Made by a program: the position numbers and the translations under genes
Origin: Acidimicrobiia bacterium
GTDB taxonomy: Bacteria; Actinomycetota; Acidimicrobiia; IMCC26256; BP-133
Direction: 5' to 3'
Assembly (NCBI GenBank): GCA_044870155.1
Contig: JBIOYN010000397.1
Span: forward strand, 1-39,188
DNA length: 39,188 nt
Notes under the pieces: model-generated
Database searches by the model: none
The model's input: only the letters and a program-made list of their open reading frames with translations
What the model was told of the DNA's origin: nothing
Shown: piece by piece, positions 16,620 through 26,220 of the stretch
Layout: every line of letters starts with the position of its first letter
Position numbering within the stretch: position 1 is the stretch's first letter

Positions 16620-17171
16620 TCAACCCCCGAGGGGGAGCCGGGCGAGCACGGAGTACGAGGAGCCGGAGGACGACAACCGGCTCTGGTAGAGGACGATCTC
16701 CTCCACCGTCCAGGGCTCCCCCACCGGCCGATCGCCCAGGGCGGCCACGACGGGGGTGACGTCGGCCTGGTCCCGGAGGCGGGCCACGGTGAGATGGGAG
16801 CGGAAGGGCCGGGTCTCGACCTCGTAGCCGAGCGGCGCCAGACCGGCATTGACGGCCCCGGCCACGGTGGCCATGGGACCGGCGCCGTCCGCGGCCCCGA
16901 TCCAGATGACCCGGGCCCGCCGGGCGTTGGGGAAGGCGCCGGATCCGCCGAGCCGGAAGCGGAAGGGGGCCAGGTCGCCGACGGCCGTCGAGAGCCCGTC
17001 GACCACCGGCGCCAGCATCGCCACCGGACCGAGGAACTGCAGGGTCACGTGCCACTGGTCCCGGCCTGCCCACCGGGGCCCGACCATGACCTTCCGGGCG
17101 GGTGCCAGGCACTCCTCCACCGCCTCGAGAACGTTTTCCGGCGGCCGGACGGCCACGAAGGCCCGGCCCAC
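16620..17171 (-). CDS. thpR: RNA 2',3'-cyclic phosphodiesterase (2H phosphoesterase); start approximate
   Basis: RAFVAV, WHVTLQFLG and SHLTVAR (two HxT motifs), GAFP..ARVIWIG. Usual cinA-thpR-recA position. Confidence 0.92.
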   Translation of the reverse strand: MGRAFVAVRPPENVLEAVEECLAPARKVMVGPRWAGRDQWHVTLQFLGPVAMLAPVVDGLSTAVGDLAPFRFRLGGSGAFPNARRARVIWIGAADGAGPMATVAGAVNAGLAPLGYEVETRPFRSHLTVARLRDQADVTPVVAALGDRPVGEPWTVEEIVLYQSRLSSSGSSYSVLARLPLGG

Positions 17172-17251
17172 CTCCGGCGCCGGACCGGTTCGTTCAACGC
17201 CCGAACGGGCGCCTCGGGGTGCCCCCGGCCGACGTTCGGGCCGCCCGGGCC

Positions 17252-18499
17252 TCACAGCGCCGGATCGCTGTCCCGGGAGAGCAGGCGGAGGCGCAACAGG
17301 TTGAGGAGCGAGATGGTCGAGAACTGGCGGACGCGCTCCCGGTCCCCGGGCATCCGGGTCCGGACGGCCTCGGGCGCCATCCCGGGCAAGGCCACGCCGA
17401 ACCACACCGTGCCCACCGGCTCGCCATCCTGCTCTGTGGGACCGGCCACGCCCGTCACCCCCAGGCCGACGTCGGCCTCCATCAGCCGACGGACGCCCTC
17501 GGCCATCTGGATGGCGCACTCGGCGCTCACCACCTTCTCGGCCGTGACGCCCAGGACCGAGCGCTTGACCTCGGTGGCGTAGGTCACCACCCCGCCCCGG
17601 AAGGTGTCGCTGGCACCGGGAGCGTCCACCAGCCGGGCGCCGACCAGCCCGCCGGTGACCGACTCGGCCACGGCCAGCGACCAGCCCCGCTCCCGCAGGA
17701 GGCTGAGCACGACGCGCTCCATGCTCTCGTCGTCGACGCCGAAGACGAGGTCGCCGAGCAGGAGCCGGAGCTCCGTCTCCTCGGCCTCGATGAGCTTGAG
17801 CGCCGCCGCCTCGTTCTCCGCCTTGGCGGTGATCCGGACGTAGAGCCCTTCGATGCCCCGGGCCAGGAAGGCGATGGTGGGGTTGGTCTGGGCGTTCACC
17901 CGGTCGCCGATCCGCTCGGCCAGCGTGGACTCGGCCATCCCCCACGTCCGCAGCGACCTCGACACGATCGCCGCCCGCTCCCCCGCCCGGGCCAGCAGGT
18001 CGGGGATGACATCGTCGGTGATCATGGCCTGCATCTCGTAGGGCACGCCGGGGACGGCGTAGACCACCTTGTCCCCCACCGGACACGCCAGCCCGGGAGC
18101 GGTGCCCAGCGAGTTGGCGATGGCCCGCCCGCCCTCGGGGACGTCGGCCTGACGCTCGTTGGACGGCGACATGGGCCGGCCCCGGCTCATGAAGAGGCCC
18201 CGGATGTGGTCGACGAGGTCCTCGTGGCGCACCAGGGGGGCACCCATCACCTCGGCGATGGCCTCCCGGGTGAGGTCGTCGGGGGTGGGCCCCAGCCCCC
18301 CGCACACCAGGACGGCGTCGCTCTGCTCGAGCATCCAGCGCAGCACCTCGACGAACCGGTCCTGGTTGTCGCCCACCACCACGTGGAGATGGCTGTCGAT
18401 CCCCACCGCCGCCAGCTGCTCGCCGATCCACGCGCTGTTGGTGTCGATCAGCTGGCCGAGGAGGAGCTCCGTCCCCACGGCCAGGACATCACACCTCAC
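17252..18499 (-). CDS. cinA: Competence/damage-inducible protein CinA (MocF plus PncC domains)
   Basis: VGTELLLGQLIDTN, GGLGPTPDDLT, PGVPYEM, AVAESVTGG, GVTGVAGP. Confidence 0.96.
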   Translation of the reverse strand: MRCDVLAVGTELLLGQLIDTNSAWIGEQLAAVGIDSHLHVVVGDNQDRFVEVLRWMLEQSDAVLVCGGLGPTPDDLTREAIAEVMGAPLVRHEDLVDHIRGLFMSRGRPMSPSNERQADVPEGGRAIANSLGTAPGLACPVGDKVVYAVPGVPYEMQAMITDDVIPDLLARAGERAAIVSRSLRTWGMAESTLAERIGDRVNAQTNPTIAFLARGIEGLYVRITAKAENEAAALKLIEAEETELRLLLGDLVFGVDDESMERVVLSLLRERGWSLAVAESVTGGLVGARLVDAPGASDTFRGGVVTYATEVKRSVLGVTAEKVVSAECAIQMAEGVRRLMEADVGLGVTGVAGPTEQDGEPVGTVWFGVALPGMAPEAVRTRMPGDRERVRQFSTISLLNLLRLRLLSRDSDPAL

Positions 18500-18505
18500 G
18501 CCGCC

Positions 18506-19111
18506 TCACGCCGGCGGGCTCCCAGCGCTGCCGGTGGGGGTGGGATGGCGGAGGATGTCGAAGCCCGACACCAGGGTCAGCCCGACGGCGACCCAGAGCA
18601 CGGCCAGCGCCATCCACGGAGGCGAGTCCGTCATCGGGCACAGGGCCACACCCACGGCCACCAGCTGGAAGGCGGTCTTGAACTTGCCCAGACGGCGGGC
18701 GGGGATGCAGACGCCCCGACGGCCCGCCCACGTGCGGTAGGCGGAGACCGCCAGCTCCCGGCTGGCGATCAGCACCACTGCCAGCCAGGGGAAGACCTCC
18801 TGGGTGGCGAGGGCGATGAGACCGCCGATGGCCAGGAACTTGTCGGCCAGCGGGTCGAGGAAAGCACCCGAGCGGGTGGTGCCGTCACGGCGGGCCAACC
18901 AGCCGTCGAGACCGTCAGTCGAGCCCAGGATGCACCAGCCCACCCAGGCCCGCCACGACGCACCGTCGGCCGAGATCACGGTCAGGAGGGGCAGGGTGAG
19001 GGCGAAGCGCAGGACGGTCACGAAGTTGGCCGGGGTGAGCAGCGCGCTGGGCCCGAAGCGGAAGCCCGACACGGCGGGTGTCCCCGATGTCCCCGACGGC
19101 AGCGTGCTCAT
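18506..19111 (-). CDS. pgsA: CDP-diacylglycerol-glycerol-3-phosphate 3-phosphatidyltransferase
   Basis: TPANFVTVLR, TDGLDGWLARR...GAFLDPLADK, GKFKTAFQ. Confidence 0.92.
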   Translation of the reverse strand: MSTLPSGTSGTPAVSGFRFGPSALLTPANFVTVLRFALTLPLLTVISADGASWRAWVGWCILGSTDGLDGWLARRDGTTRSGAFLDPLADKFLAIGGLIALATQEVFPWLAVVLIASRELAVSAYRTWAGRRGVCIPARRLGKFKTAFQLVAVGVALCPMTDSPPWMALAVLWVAVGLTLVSGFDILRHPTPTGSAGSPPA

Positions 19112-20469
19112 CAGCCGGCTCGGGCCAGCCGGCCCCGGACGGGCTCGTCACCGGACTCGGAACCGGGGCGGGGAACCGCCACCAGGTCGGGCCCGACGGC
19201 CTCGGTCACCTCGGCCACCACCAGCGTGCCGGGATCGAAGTGGGGCCGCCCGGCCAGGCGCACGACCCCGTCGATCTCCGGCGCCTCCCGATGGGTGCGC
19301 CCCTCGTCCCCCCTGTCCACCATGACTTCGACCGTTTCCCCCACCAAAGCGTCACGTGCCGCCTGGGTGATGCGGTCCTGCATCTCTCCCAGTTCCCGGA
19401 GCCGCTCGGCCGCCAGCTCCCCGGACACGACTCCATCCATGGTGGCAGCCGGCGTGCCCTCCTCGACAGAGAAGGGGAAGAATCCGGCCCAGTCCAGGGC
19501 GGCCGCCTCCAGGAAGGCGGCCAGCCTCTCGTGGTCGTCCTCCGTCTCTCCGGGGAAGCCGACGATGAACGACGAGCGGAAGGCGGCGGCCGGCTCCTGG
19601 GCCCGGATGCCCGCGATCATGGCCGCGAAGCGCTCGCCACTCCCCCAGCGCTGCATGCGACGCAGCAGCTCCGGGGCGGCGTGCTGGAGCGACAGGTCGA
19701 AGTACGGCACCACGGTGGGCAGCTCGAGCATGGTGGCCACCAGCGGATCCCGCACCTGCGAGGGGTAGAGGTACAGCAGGCGGATCCGGGCCAGACCGTC
19801 TCCCGAGAGACGGTCGAGCCGCCGCAGGAGCGGCGTCAGAGCTCCGGGTTGACCGGCGTCCCGCCCGTACCAGGCCAGGTCCTGAGCCACGAGGACCAGC
19901 TCCCGGACACCGCCGGACACCAACGCCCGGGCCTCGGCCTCGATGGCCTCCGGGGTGCGGGAACGTTGCTTCCCCCGGAACGAGGGGATGGCACAGAAGG
20001 CGCACGTCCGGTCGCAGCCCTCCGCCACCTTCACGTAGGCCCAGGGCGCCGACGGCGCCGGGCGGGGCAGCTCGAGCAGGTCGCGGGGCCCGCCCCGGGG
20101 CGGGCGGCGCAGCACGACCTCGGAGATCGAACCCTCGCCGGCGAAGCCGACGACGGCGTCGATCTCGGGCACGGCGGCGGCCAGCTCGGCGCCGTGGCGC
20201 TCAGCCAGACAACCGGTGACAACCAACCGGGCCCCGGGACGCCGCGCCCCGGCCAGCGCCAGCACCGTCTCGATCGATTCCGCCCGGGCCGACTCCACGA
20301 AAGCACAGGTGTTGACCACCACCAGATCAGCGTCGCCGGCCGACCCCGCCGGGCGGAGCCCGTCGGCCAGCAATGTGGCGGCCACCTTGTCCGAGTCGAC
20401 CGCGTTCTTCGGACAGCCGAGCGTCTCGATGAAGAAGCTCGGTTGTGAAGGCCGGCTGGAAATGGTCAT
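19111..20469 (-). CDS. rimO: Ribosomal protein S12 methylthiotransferase
   Basis: TLGCPKNAVDS, AYVKVAEGCDRTCAFCAIP, LVAQD, RLLYLYP, APEIDG. Confidence 0.96.
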   Translation of the reverse strand: MTISSRPSQPSFFIETLGCPKNAVDSDKVAATLLADGLRPAGSAGDADLVVVNTCAFVESARAESIETVLALAGARRPGARLVVTGCLAERHGAELAAAVPEIDAVVGFAGEGSISEVVLRRPPRGGPRDLLELPRPAPSAPWAYVKVAEGCDRTCAFCAIPSFRGKQRSRTPEAIEAEARALVSGGVRELVLVAQDLAWYGRDAGQPGALTPLLRRLDRLSGDGLARIRLLYLYPSQVRDPLVATMLELPTVVPYFDLSLQHAAPELLRRMQRWGSGERFAAMIAGIRAQEPAAAFRSSFIVGFPGETEDDHERLAAFLEAAALDWAGFFPFSVEEGTPAATMDGVVSGELAAERLRELGEMQDRITQAARDALVGETVEVMVDRGDEGRTHREAPEIDGVVRLAGRPHFDPGTLVVAEVTEAVGPDLVAVPRPGSESGDEPVRGRLARAG

Positions 20470-20524
20470 TGCCGGCCCAGCCTACCGGGCCTGCCATCTT
20501 CCACTCTTTCGTAGACTCCGCGTC

Positions 20525-20980
20525 ATGAGCGCACCCACCGTCTGGTGCCCGTCGTGTGGAGCCGAGTACACGGTCGGCTCCCGGTACTGCAGCGACTGCC
20601 GGGTCTCGCTCGTCGCCGAACCGCCCGACGCCCCCATGGCGGGAGACGACGACGACGAGGAAGCGCTCGACGCCACCGACCTGGTGGAGATGGGCGACTA
20701 CCCCCGCCTGTCGGCCCAGATCCTGCGCCGGCGCCTGGAGTCAGCCGGGATCTCCGTCATGGTGGAGTGGACCGGCCCCGGGGCCGACGCCACCGGCACC
20801 ATCCTGGTCCCCGACGGCCAGGCCGAGTTCGCCGAGGCCGTGATCAACGAGATCGAGGTCGAAGACGAGGTGCCCGACTCATCCCCCGAGGCCTACGTGG
20901 CCCGCATCGAGGAGCACCTCTCGGCCATCGGCTCCCTGCTCGACGAGCTGCGCACCCGCTTGGAGGACAACGAGGGTTAG
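20525..20980 (+). CDS. Hypothetical protein: zinc ribbon, DUF2007-like domain, coiled-coil tail
   Basis: CPSC..CSDC, acidic linker, AQILRRRLESAGI...ILVPDGQAEFAEAVI. ATG 20525 lies 7 nt after TAGACT. Confidence 0.75.
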   Translation: MSAPTVWCPSCGAEYTVGSRYCSDCRVSLVAEPPDAPMAGDDDDEEALDATDLVEMGDYPRLSAQILRRRLESAGISVMVEWTGPGADATGTILVPDGQAEFAEAVINEIEVEDEVPDSSPEAYVARIEEHLSAIGSLLDELRTRLEDNEG

Positions 20981-21132
20981 CCCCGGAGTCATCTGCGATC
21001 TGGACAAATGTAACGACACCGGGTGTCACCTCTGCACATCCTGCCCAGTCCAAACCGTTGAGAGGCCAATGAAGGCTTCTCCGGGGTTCGGGGTGTCCCC
21101 GATGAAAAAACTCTCCCAGGAGGTGTTGCTGC

Positions 21133-21456
21133 ATGTACCAGTTCGCCATCGTGGCGCTGCTGGCTCTCGCCGTCGTCAAGGTCGTTGATTTCGTCGACGG
21201 TGCGGTCCCTGCCATCGCCGGGTTCCGCTCGCTGTTCACCTTCATCCTCGCTCTCGCCGCCGTGTGGGCGCTCGACTACTCCGTGTTCGACGGGTTCGGC
21301 GTCACCGTGCGCGACGCCAATACGGGCGTGTGGATGACCGGCTTCATCGTCGCCGGTCTCACCAGCCCGTGGCGCGCCCTCTTCGGCTGGATGACCCACG
21401 ACCGGGCCGCCGCCGACGAGACTCTGGGCGGCTCCAAGGGCCTGCGGGCCGCCTAG
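21133..21456 (+). CDS. Small hypothetical membrane protein (about 3 TM)
   Basis: SD AGGAGG, three hydrophobic segments, typical codon bias, downstream hairpin. Confidence 0.8.
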   Translation: MYQFAIVALLALAVVKVVDFVDGAVPAIAGFRSLFTFILALAAVWALDYSVFDGFGVTVRDANTGVWMTGFIVAGLTSPWRALFGWMTHDRAAADETLGGSKGLRAA

Positions 21457-21489
21457 CCACACACGCAGCCTGACTCCTCCGACGCGAAT

Positions 21490-21523
21490 CAGCGGGGCGT
21501 CTCGATGTTGAGACGCCCCGCTG
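21490..21523. terminator. Hairpin between convergent genes, probably a bidirectional terminator
   Basis: CAGCGGGGCGTCTC-GATGTT-GAGACGCCCCGCTG 14-bp perfect stem. Confidence 0.75.
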
Positions 21524-21543
21524 TCGCGTTCGAGCTCAGTCGG

Positions 21544-23592
21544 TCAGCGGCGGCCCTTCAGGCGCCGGAGCACGAGGCCGGTGCCGAGGAGGGCGAAGGC
21601 GGGCAGGGTGGCCAGCAGGCCACCGGTGCGGGGCAGCTCACCACGCAGCGGCGCCTCGGCCAGCACAGCCGTCACCTCGGGCAGGTTGAGCTCCACCCTG
21701 GACTCGAGGGGCACCCCGACACCGGCGTCGGCGGCACCGGCGGCCGGACCGCACACCCCGGTGGCCACGGCCTTGTCGAGGAACCTCCCGCCTCCTGAGG
21801 CCTTGTCCACCGTCACGCTGATCTTCAGGTCCTTCATCGCCCCTGGGTTGAGGGGGCCGACGTCATTCCAGATGACGCTGGTGGTGGTCTGCGTGTCGGC
21901 TTTGGGGGTGCTCCCGACGACGGCCCACTTGATGCCCGGGTCGGCCGAGATGGTGTCGACGACCTTGAGGGCGGACAGGATGCAGTCGTTGGGGTTGCTC
22001 ACGGTGATGGTCCAGTCGAAGGAGTCACCGGCCTTGACCTTCTCCGGGTTGGCCTTCTTGGCCAGCCCGATGCCGCACTGGATGCCGCCGGCGGGAACGG
22101 CCACCGCCGCCTCCATGTGGCCGATGCGGATGTCACCGCCGGCGCCGTCGAGCAGCGTCACCCGGGCCACGTCGACCGCCCCGGCAGCGTACGTGGGGGT
22201 CTCGATGGGCTTCGAGTCGATGGCCCCACCGATGGCCCGGGGGTCCTCACCGATGGCGATGTCGGCCACGCCGGGAACGTTGACGTTGAGCCCCGCCTTG
22301 CCGAACAGGTCCTGGAACCCGAGCTCTTCGACGACGGTCCCACCGTTGATGATGGTGAGCAGAGGCGTGGACTGCTCGACCGTGCCCGGGCCGTAGAACA
22401 CGTCACCCACGCCGTTGCCGTCAGCGACCGCCCGCAGGACCCACTCACCGGCGAACTTGAGCGTCAGGGGACCGATGGTGACGGGGGCGATGATCTGACG
22501 GGTCTCGCTCTGGAGACCGAACCGGGCGATGCCGGACGGCGTCGTGATGGGGTTGGCCTGGGGGATGAGACGGGTTCCCGATCTCGACTCGGCCGCCGCC
22601 GGAGCCGGAGGCGTCGGGGACACGGTCTGGATGACGTCCCCGGCGAGACGGGCGTCGGCGGCGTAGCCCCGCCCGAAGGACAGGTCGACGCCGGTGGTGC
22701 AGGCGGCCGCCGCCCGGCTCTGCGCCTGGCCCAGCAGGGCGCTGGCGCTGGCGATCGGAGGAACGTCGACCGGGCCGACCTGGGCGGTGATGAGGGGTGT
22801 GGTGGGCGGCGACTTGGCCTCGGCCCGCTGCAGGCTCAGCTGCGGCTCGGCCGCCGAATCCTGGCCCAACCCGACCTCGAGCCCGCTGCCCCGACCGAAA
22901 CCGGAGTTGACCCCGAGCGGAACCGAGGTGACGCGTCCCATCTCGTTGAGGAGGGTCTTGGCCATGGCGTCCGAGGTGAACGTCGATGCCGAGTAGGCCT
23001 CGTCAACCTTGCTCAGCTGGGTCGAGCCGGCGGTGACGGCGTCGACATGGATCGCGCTGCCCGTCGTCGTCCCGGCGTGGCCGGTGGCGGGCAGGTCAGG
23101 GAAAACGGTGGCGCGGTCACCCGCCGCCACCCGGATCTTCGGGGTCGCGGGGGCCGCCTTCGGGGCCGGAGCGGGAGCGGGCGCCGGCTGCGGCTCCTGG
23201 GCCGGCTCCGGCTCGGGTGTCAGATCCGGCACCAGGCCCGCGGCCGGCGGCGGAAGGAGCTCGTCGGCCGGCGTCGGCGGCATGAACGGCAGCGCACTGA
23301 GAATGTCCGCAACCTCCGGCGGGAGGCCCGCCAGCAGATCATCGGTCAGGGGCGTGCCGTTTTCGAGCGCGTCGTTGACGGCGTTGACCACTCCGGTGTC
23401 GACACCCTGGGCGGGTTCGACGAGATCGGAGGCTTCTGGTTGGGCCGCCGGTGCCCCCGGGAGCGCCGCGGGGTGCATGATGCCGAACTGGCGAAGCCGG
23501 GATTCGGCCGACACATTCGGCACTTTGGCGGACGCCGTGCCCATGAGCAGCACGGCGGAAACAACGGCCAGCGCAGCGGAGACTCGCTTCAT
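21544..23592 (-). CDS. Secreted, probably sortase-anchored surface protein with DUF11-like domain
   Basis: Signal peptide MKRVSAALAVVSAVLLMGTASA, Pro/Ala linker, LAKKANPEKVKAGDSFDWTITVSN (DUF11-like), and C-terminal LPRTG followed by a hydrophobic helix and RRLKGRR. Confidence 0.8.
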   Translation of the reverse strand: MKRVSAALAVVSAVLLMGTASAKVPNVSAESRLRQFGIMHPAALPGAPAAQPEASDLVEPAQGVDTGVVNAVNDALENGTPLTDDLLAGLPPEVADILSALPFMPPTPADELLPPPAAGLVPDLTPEPEPAQEPQPAPAPAPAPKAAPATPKIRVAAGDRATVFPDLPATGHAGTTTGSAIHVDAVTAGSTQLSKVDEAYSASTFTSDAMAKTLLNEMGRVTSVPLGVNSGFGRGSGLEVGLGQDSAAEPQLSLQRAEAKSPPTTPLITAQVGPVDVPPIASASALLGQAQSRAAAACTTGVDLSFGRGYAADARLAGDVIQTVSPTPPAPAAAESRSGTRLIPQANPITTPSGIARFGLQSETRQIIAPVTIGPLTLKFAGEWVLRAVADGNGVGDVFYGPGTVEQSTPLLTIINGGTVVEELGFQDLFGKAGLNVNVPGVADIAIGEDPRAIGGAIDSKPIETPTYAAGAVDVARVTLLDGAGGDIRIGHMEAAVAVPAGGIQCGIGLAKKANPEKVKAGDSFDWTITVSNPNDCILSALKVVDTISADPGIKWAVVGSTPKADTQTTTSVIWNDVGPLNPGAMKDLKISVTVDKASGGGRFLDKAVATGVCGPAAGAADAGVGVPLESRVELNLPEVTAVLAEAPLRGELPRTGGLLATLPAFALLGTGLVLRRLKGRR

Positions 23593-23775
23593 CAGACCCT
23601 CCCGGTCAAACCCTCTCCCCGGCGACGAGCAAACTACCCCTTGGCTGGGGGAACCAGTCGTGCTTTTTCGTCACAAAGGCCACAATAGGCACATCTGTGC
23701 GCAAGGGGAAGGAAATTTATCAGAGACCATTAGCGCAGCGTGAGTATGAGTCACTTACGGAACACGTAGAGTGAT

Positions 23776-26118
23776 TTAACTTCGATCCTGGAGCGCTTCG
23801 AGCTCTTCCACGGTCATGAGGACTGCCCGGGCCTTGGATCCCTCCGAGGGGCCCACCACCCCCCGTCGCTCCAGCAAGTCCATCAGACGGCCCGCGCGGG
23901 CGAAGCCTACCCGCAACTTCCGCTGCAGCATGCTGGTGGACCCCAACCGGCTGCGGACCACCAGCTCCATGGCCTCCGCCAGCAGGTCGTCGTCGTCATC
24001 GACGTCCGAGCTGTCCCGGCCGCCGACCTCCGAGTCCCCCCCCGCCAGGCCCTCCACGTAGCGCAGCTCGGTGGTCTGGCGTTTCCAGTGGGCCACCACC
24101 TTGTGGACGTCGGCCTCCTCCACCCACGCCCCCTGGATGCGCTGGGCCCGGCTGGAGCTGGCCGTGGCCAGCAGCATGTCGCCCTGGCCGATCAGCTTCT
24201 CGGCCCCGGCGGCGTCGAGGATGACCCGGGAGTCGGCGAGCGAGGACACCGAGAAGGCGAGCCGGGAGGGGATGTTGGCCTTGATCACACCCGTGATCAC
24301 GTCGACGGACGGGCGCTGCGTGGCGATCACCAGGTGGATGCCCACGGCCCGGGCCATCTGGGCGATCCGGCAGATGCTCGTCTCCACGTCGCGGGCGGCC
24401 ACCATCATGAGGTCGGCCAGCTCGTCGACCACCACCACGATGAAGGGGAGACGCTCGTAGGTGGTGCCGGTCTCCTCGTCGGCCCGCAGGTCGCCCCGGT
24501 CGTAGGCGTTGTTGTAACCGGTGATGTCGCGCACGCCCACCTCGTGGAGGAGCTCGTAGCGCAGGTCCATCTCCCGCACGGCCCAGTCGAGGGCGTTGGC
24601 CGCCTTCTTGGGATTGACCACCACCGGGGTGAGCAGGTGGGGCACGTCGTTGTACTGGCCGAGCTCCACCCGCTTGGGGTCGACCAGGATCATGCGCACC
24701 TGCTCGGGGGTGGTCCGCATGAGGATCGAGGTGATGAGCGAGTTGATGCAGCTCGACTTCCCCGCCCCCGTGGCCCCGGCGATGAGCAGGTGGGGCATGG
24801 TGGCCAGGTTGATGGTGCAGGCCCGCCCGGCGATGTCCCGCCCCAGGCCCACCTCCAGGGGATGGGTGGCCCGCACGACCTCCTCGGCGTCGAGGATGTC
24901 GCCCAGGTTCACCAGCTGGCGCTGGACGTTGGGCACCTCCACACCGATGGCGCTGCGCCCGGGGATGGGGGCGATGATGCGCACGTCGGGGCTGGCCATG
25001 GCGTAGGCGATGTCGTGCGACAGGCTGGTGACCTTCTTGACCTGCACGCCGGGACCGAGCTCGAGCTCGTAGCGGGTGACCGTGGGGCCCACGGTCATCC
25101 CCACGAGGCGGGCGTCGACCCCGAACTCGCCCAGCGTGGCCTCGAGCGCCGCCCCGCCCTTCTCGATGAGGCGCCGGTCGATGGGCTTGGCCGCCTTGCG
25201 ACTGAGCAGGGACGTGGGGGGCATCTTCCAGCGCTGGTCGGGGACGGGCAGGCCGAGCTCGAGCTGGGTCGCTTCCTTCTTCGCCTGCTTGTAGGCGGCG
25301 GCCTGGAGCACGAGGTTCTCGCCCGAGACGGGGATGGCGGGGAGGGCCTGCTCGACGGTGACGTCGCCGTTCGCCGCCGGCCCGGGACGGCGCACGCGCT
25401 TGGGTTTGGTCTCGGGTGGGGCGGTCGCCCCCTCCGCCTCCCGTTCGATCGACAGGGTCGTCAGCCGGTGGAAGCCGAGCCGCAGGCCGGCGAAGGCCAT
25501 GGCGGCCGCCGTGCGCAGTCCTGAGGCGACCTGCTGGAACGACAGGTGGAAGACGACGAGACAGCCGACGGCGCCGGCGGCGACCAGCACCGGGCCGGCG
25601 GCCCACGGCCCCCCGGCGGCGCGCAGTGGCGTGGCCGCCACGCCGCCCAGGAAGCCGCCGGCCCGACGCCAGGCGTCGAAGGTGGAGCCGCCGCCCTCGT
25701 AGCGGAAGAGGTGCAGCATCCCGGTGACGGCGGTGGTCAAGAGGAAGAGGCCCACGCCGAGGCGGGAGAGGTGCTGGCGACGGCCGGAGACGACCGTGGC
25801 CGCCAGACCGGCGAGGACGATCGGCAGGGCGTAGCGGGCGAGCCCGAAGGTGACGCCGGCGAGGTAGGCGGCGAAGCCGGTCAGGGGAACGTCGAGCCAG
25901 AGGATGACGGCGGCGATGGCGGCGGCAGCCGTCAGGCTGGCGCCGAGGACGCCTTCGCCGTGGCGGGACAAGGACGCGGTGAGGGAGGCGAGGAAGCGAC
26001 GGGCGACGGGCGGCCGCTTCGGCATCCGGGCCCGGGAGGTTCGCGTCGGCGTCGTCGCCGCCTTGCGCCGGGTGCTGGGGCGGGACGGCGCGGGCCGGCG
26101 TTTCGTGCTGGATGCCAT
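23776..26118 (-). CDS. ftsK: DNA translocase FtsK/SpoIIIE
   Basis: N-terminal TM region, GPTVTRYE, PHLLIAGATGAGKS, VDELADLMM, ATQRPSVDV, gamma domain STSMLQRKLRVGFARAGRLMD. Confidence 0.98.
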   Translation of the reverse strand: MASSTKRRPAPSRPSTRRKAATTPTRTSRARMPKRPPVARRFLASLTASLSRHGEGVLGASLTAAAAIAAVILWLDVPLTGFAAYLAGVTFGLARYALPIVLAGLAATVVSGRRQHLSRLGVGLFLLTTAVTGMLHLFRYEGGGSTFDAWRRAGGFLGGVAATPLRAAGGPWAAGPVLVAAGAVGCLVVFHLSFQQVASGLRTAAAMAFAGLRLGFHRLTTLSIEREAEGATAPPETKPKRVRRPGPAANGDVTVEQALPAIPVSGENLVLQAAAYKQAKKEATQLELGLPVPDQRWKMPPTSLLSRKAAKPIDRRLIEKGGAALEATLGEFGVDARLVGMTVGPTVTRYELELGPGVQVKKVTSLSHDIAYAMASPDVRIIAPIPGRSAIGVEVPNVQRQLVNLGDILDAEEVVRATHPLEVGLGRDIAGRACTINLATMPHLLIAGATGAGKSSCINSLITSILMRTTPEQVRMILVDPKRVELGQYNDVPHLLTPVVVNPKKAANALDWAVREMDLRYELLHEVGVRDITGYNNAYDRGDLRADEETGTTYERLPFIVVVVDELADLMMVAARDVETSICRIAQMARAVGIHLVIATQRPSVDVITGVIKANIPSRLAFSVSSLADSRVILDAAGAEKLIGQGDMLLATASSSRAQRIQGAWVEEADVHKVVAHWKRQTTELRYVEGLAGGDSEVGGRDSSDVDDDDDLLAEAMELVVRSRLGSTSMLQRKLRVGFARAGRLMDLLERRGVVGPSEGSKARAVLMTVEELEALQDRS

Positions 26119-26159
26119 GTCACAAAGGTAACAGCAGCCACACCAGTGGTGGCAGCTTC

Positions 26160-26208
26160 CAACTGGCGTTCCTGAGCCCCGGCATGCGGGGCTGAGGAAC
26201 GCCAGTTG
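26160..26208. repeat. Long intergenic hairpin (terminator or REP-like)
   Basis: CAACTGGCGTTCCT-G-AGCCCCG-GCATG-CGGGGCT-G-AGGAACGCCAGTTG: 14+7 bp stem with one mismatch, between rnj and ftsK. Confidence 0.75.
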
Positions 26209-26220
26209 TGAGGAGCGGGG

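Noticed and set aside
17102-19768. 888-aa plus-strand ORF and many other long antisense or alternate-frame ORFs (e.g. 26302..28452 5' part, 14070..15554, 8741..10441, 22117..23688)
   Set aside because: Shadow ORFs expected at high GC. They overlap well-supported genes and carry no recognisable motifs.
23730-23775. Degenerate BldD-like TnAC-N5-GTnA sites upstream of the surface protein
   Set aside because: Every candidate has mismatches in the core, so it is indistinguishable from chance.
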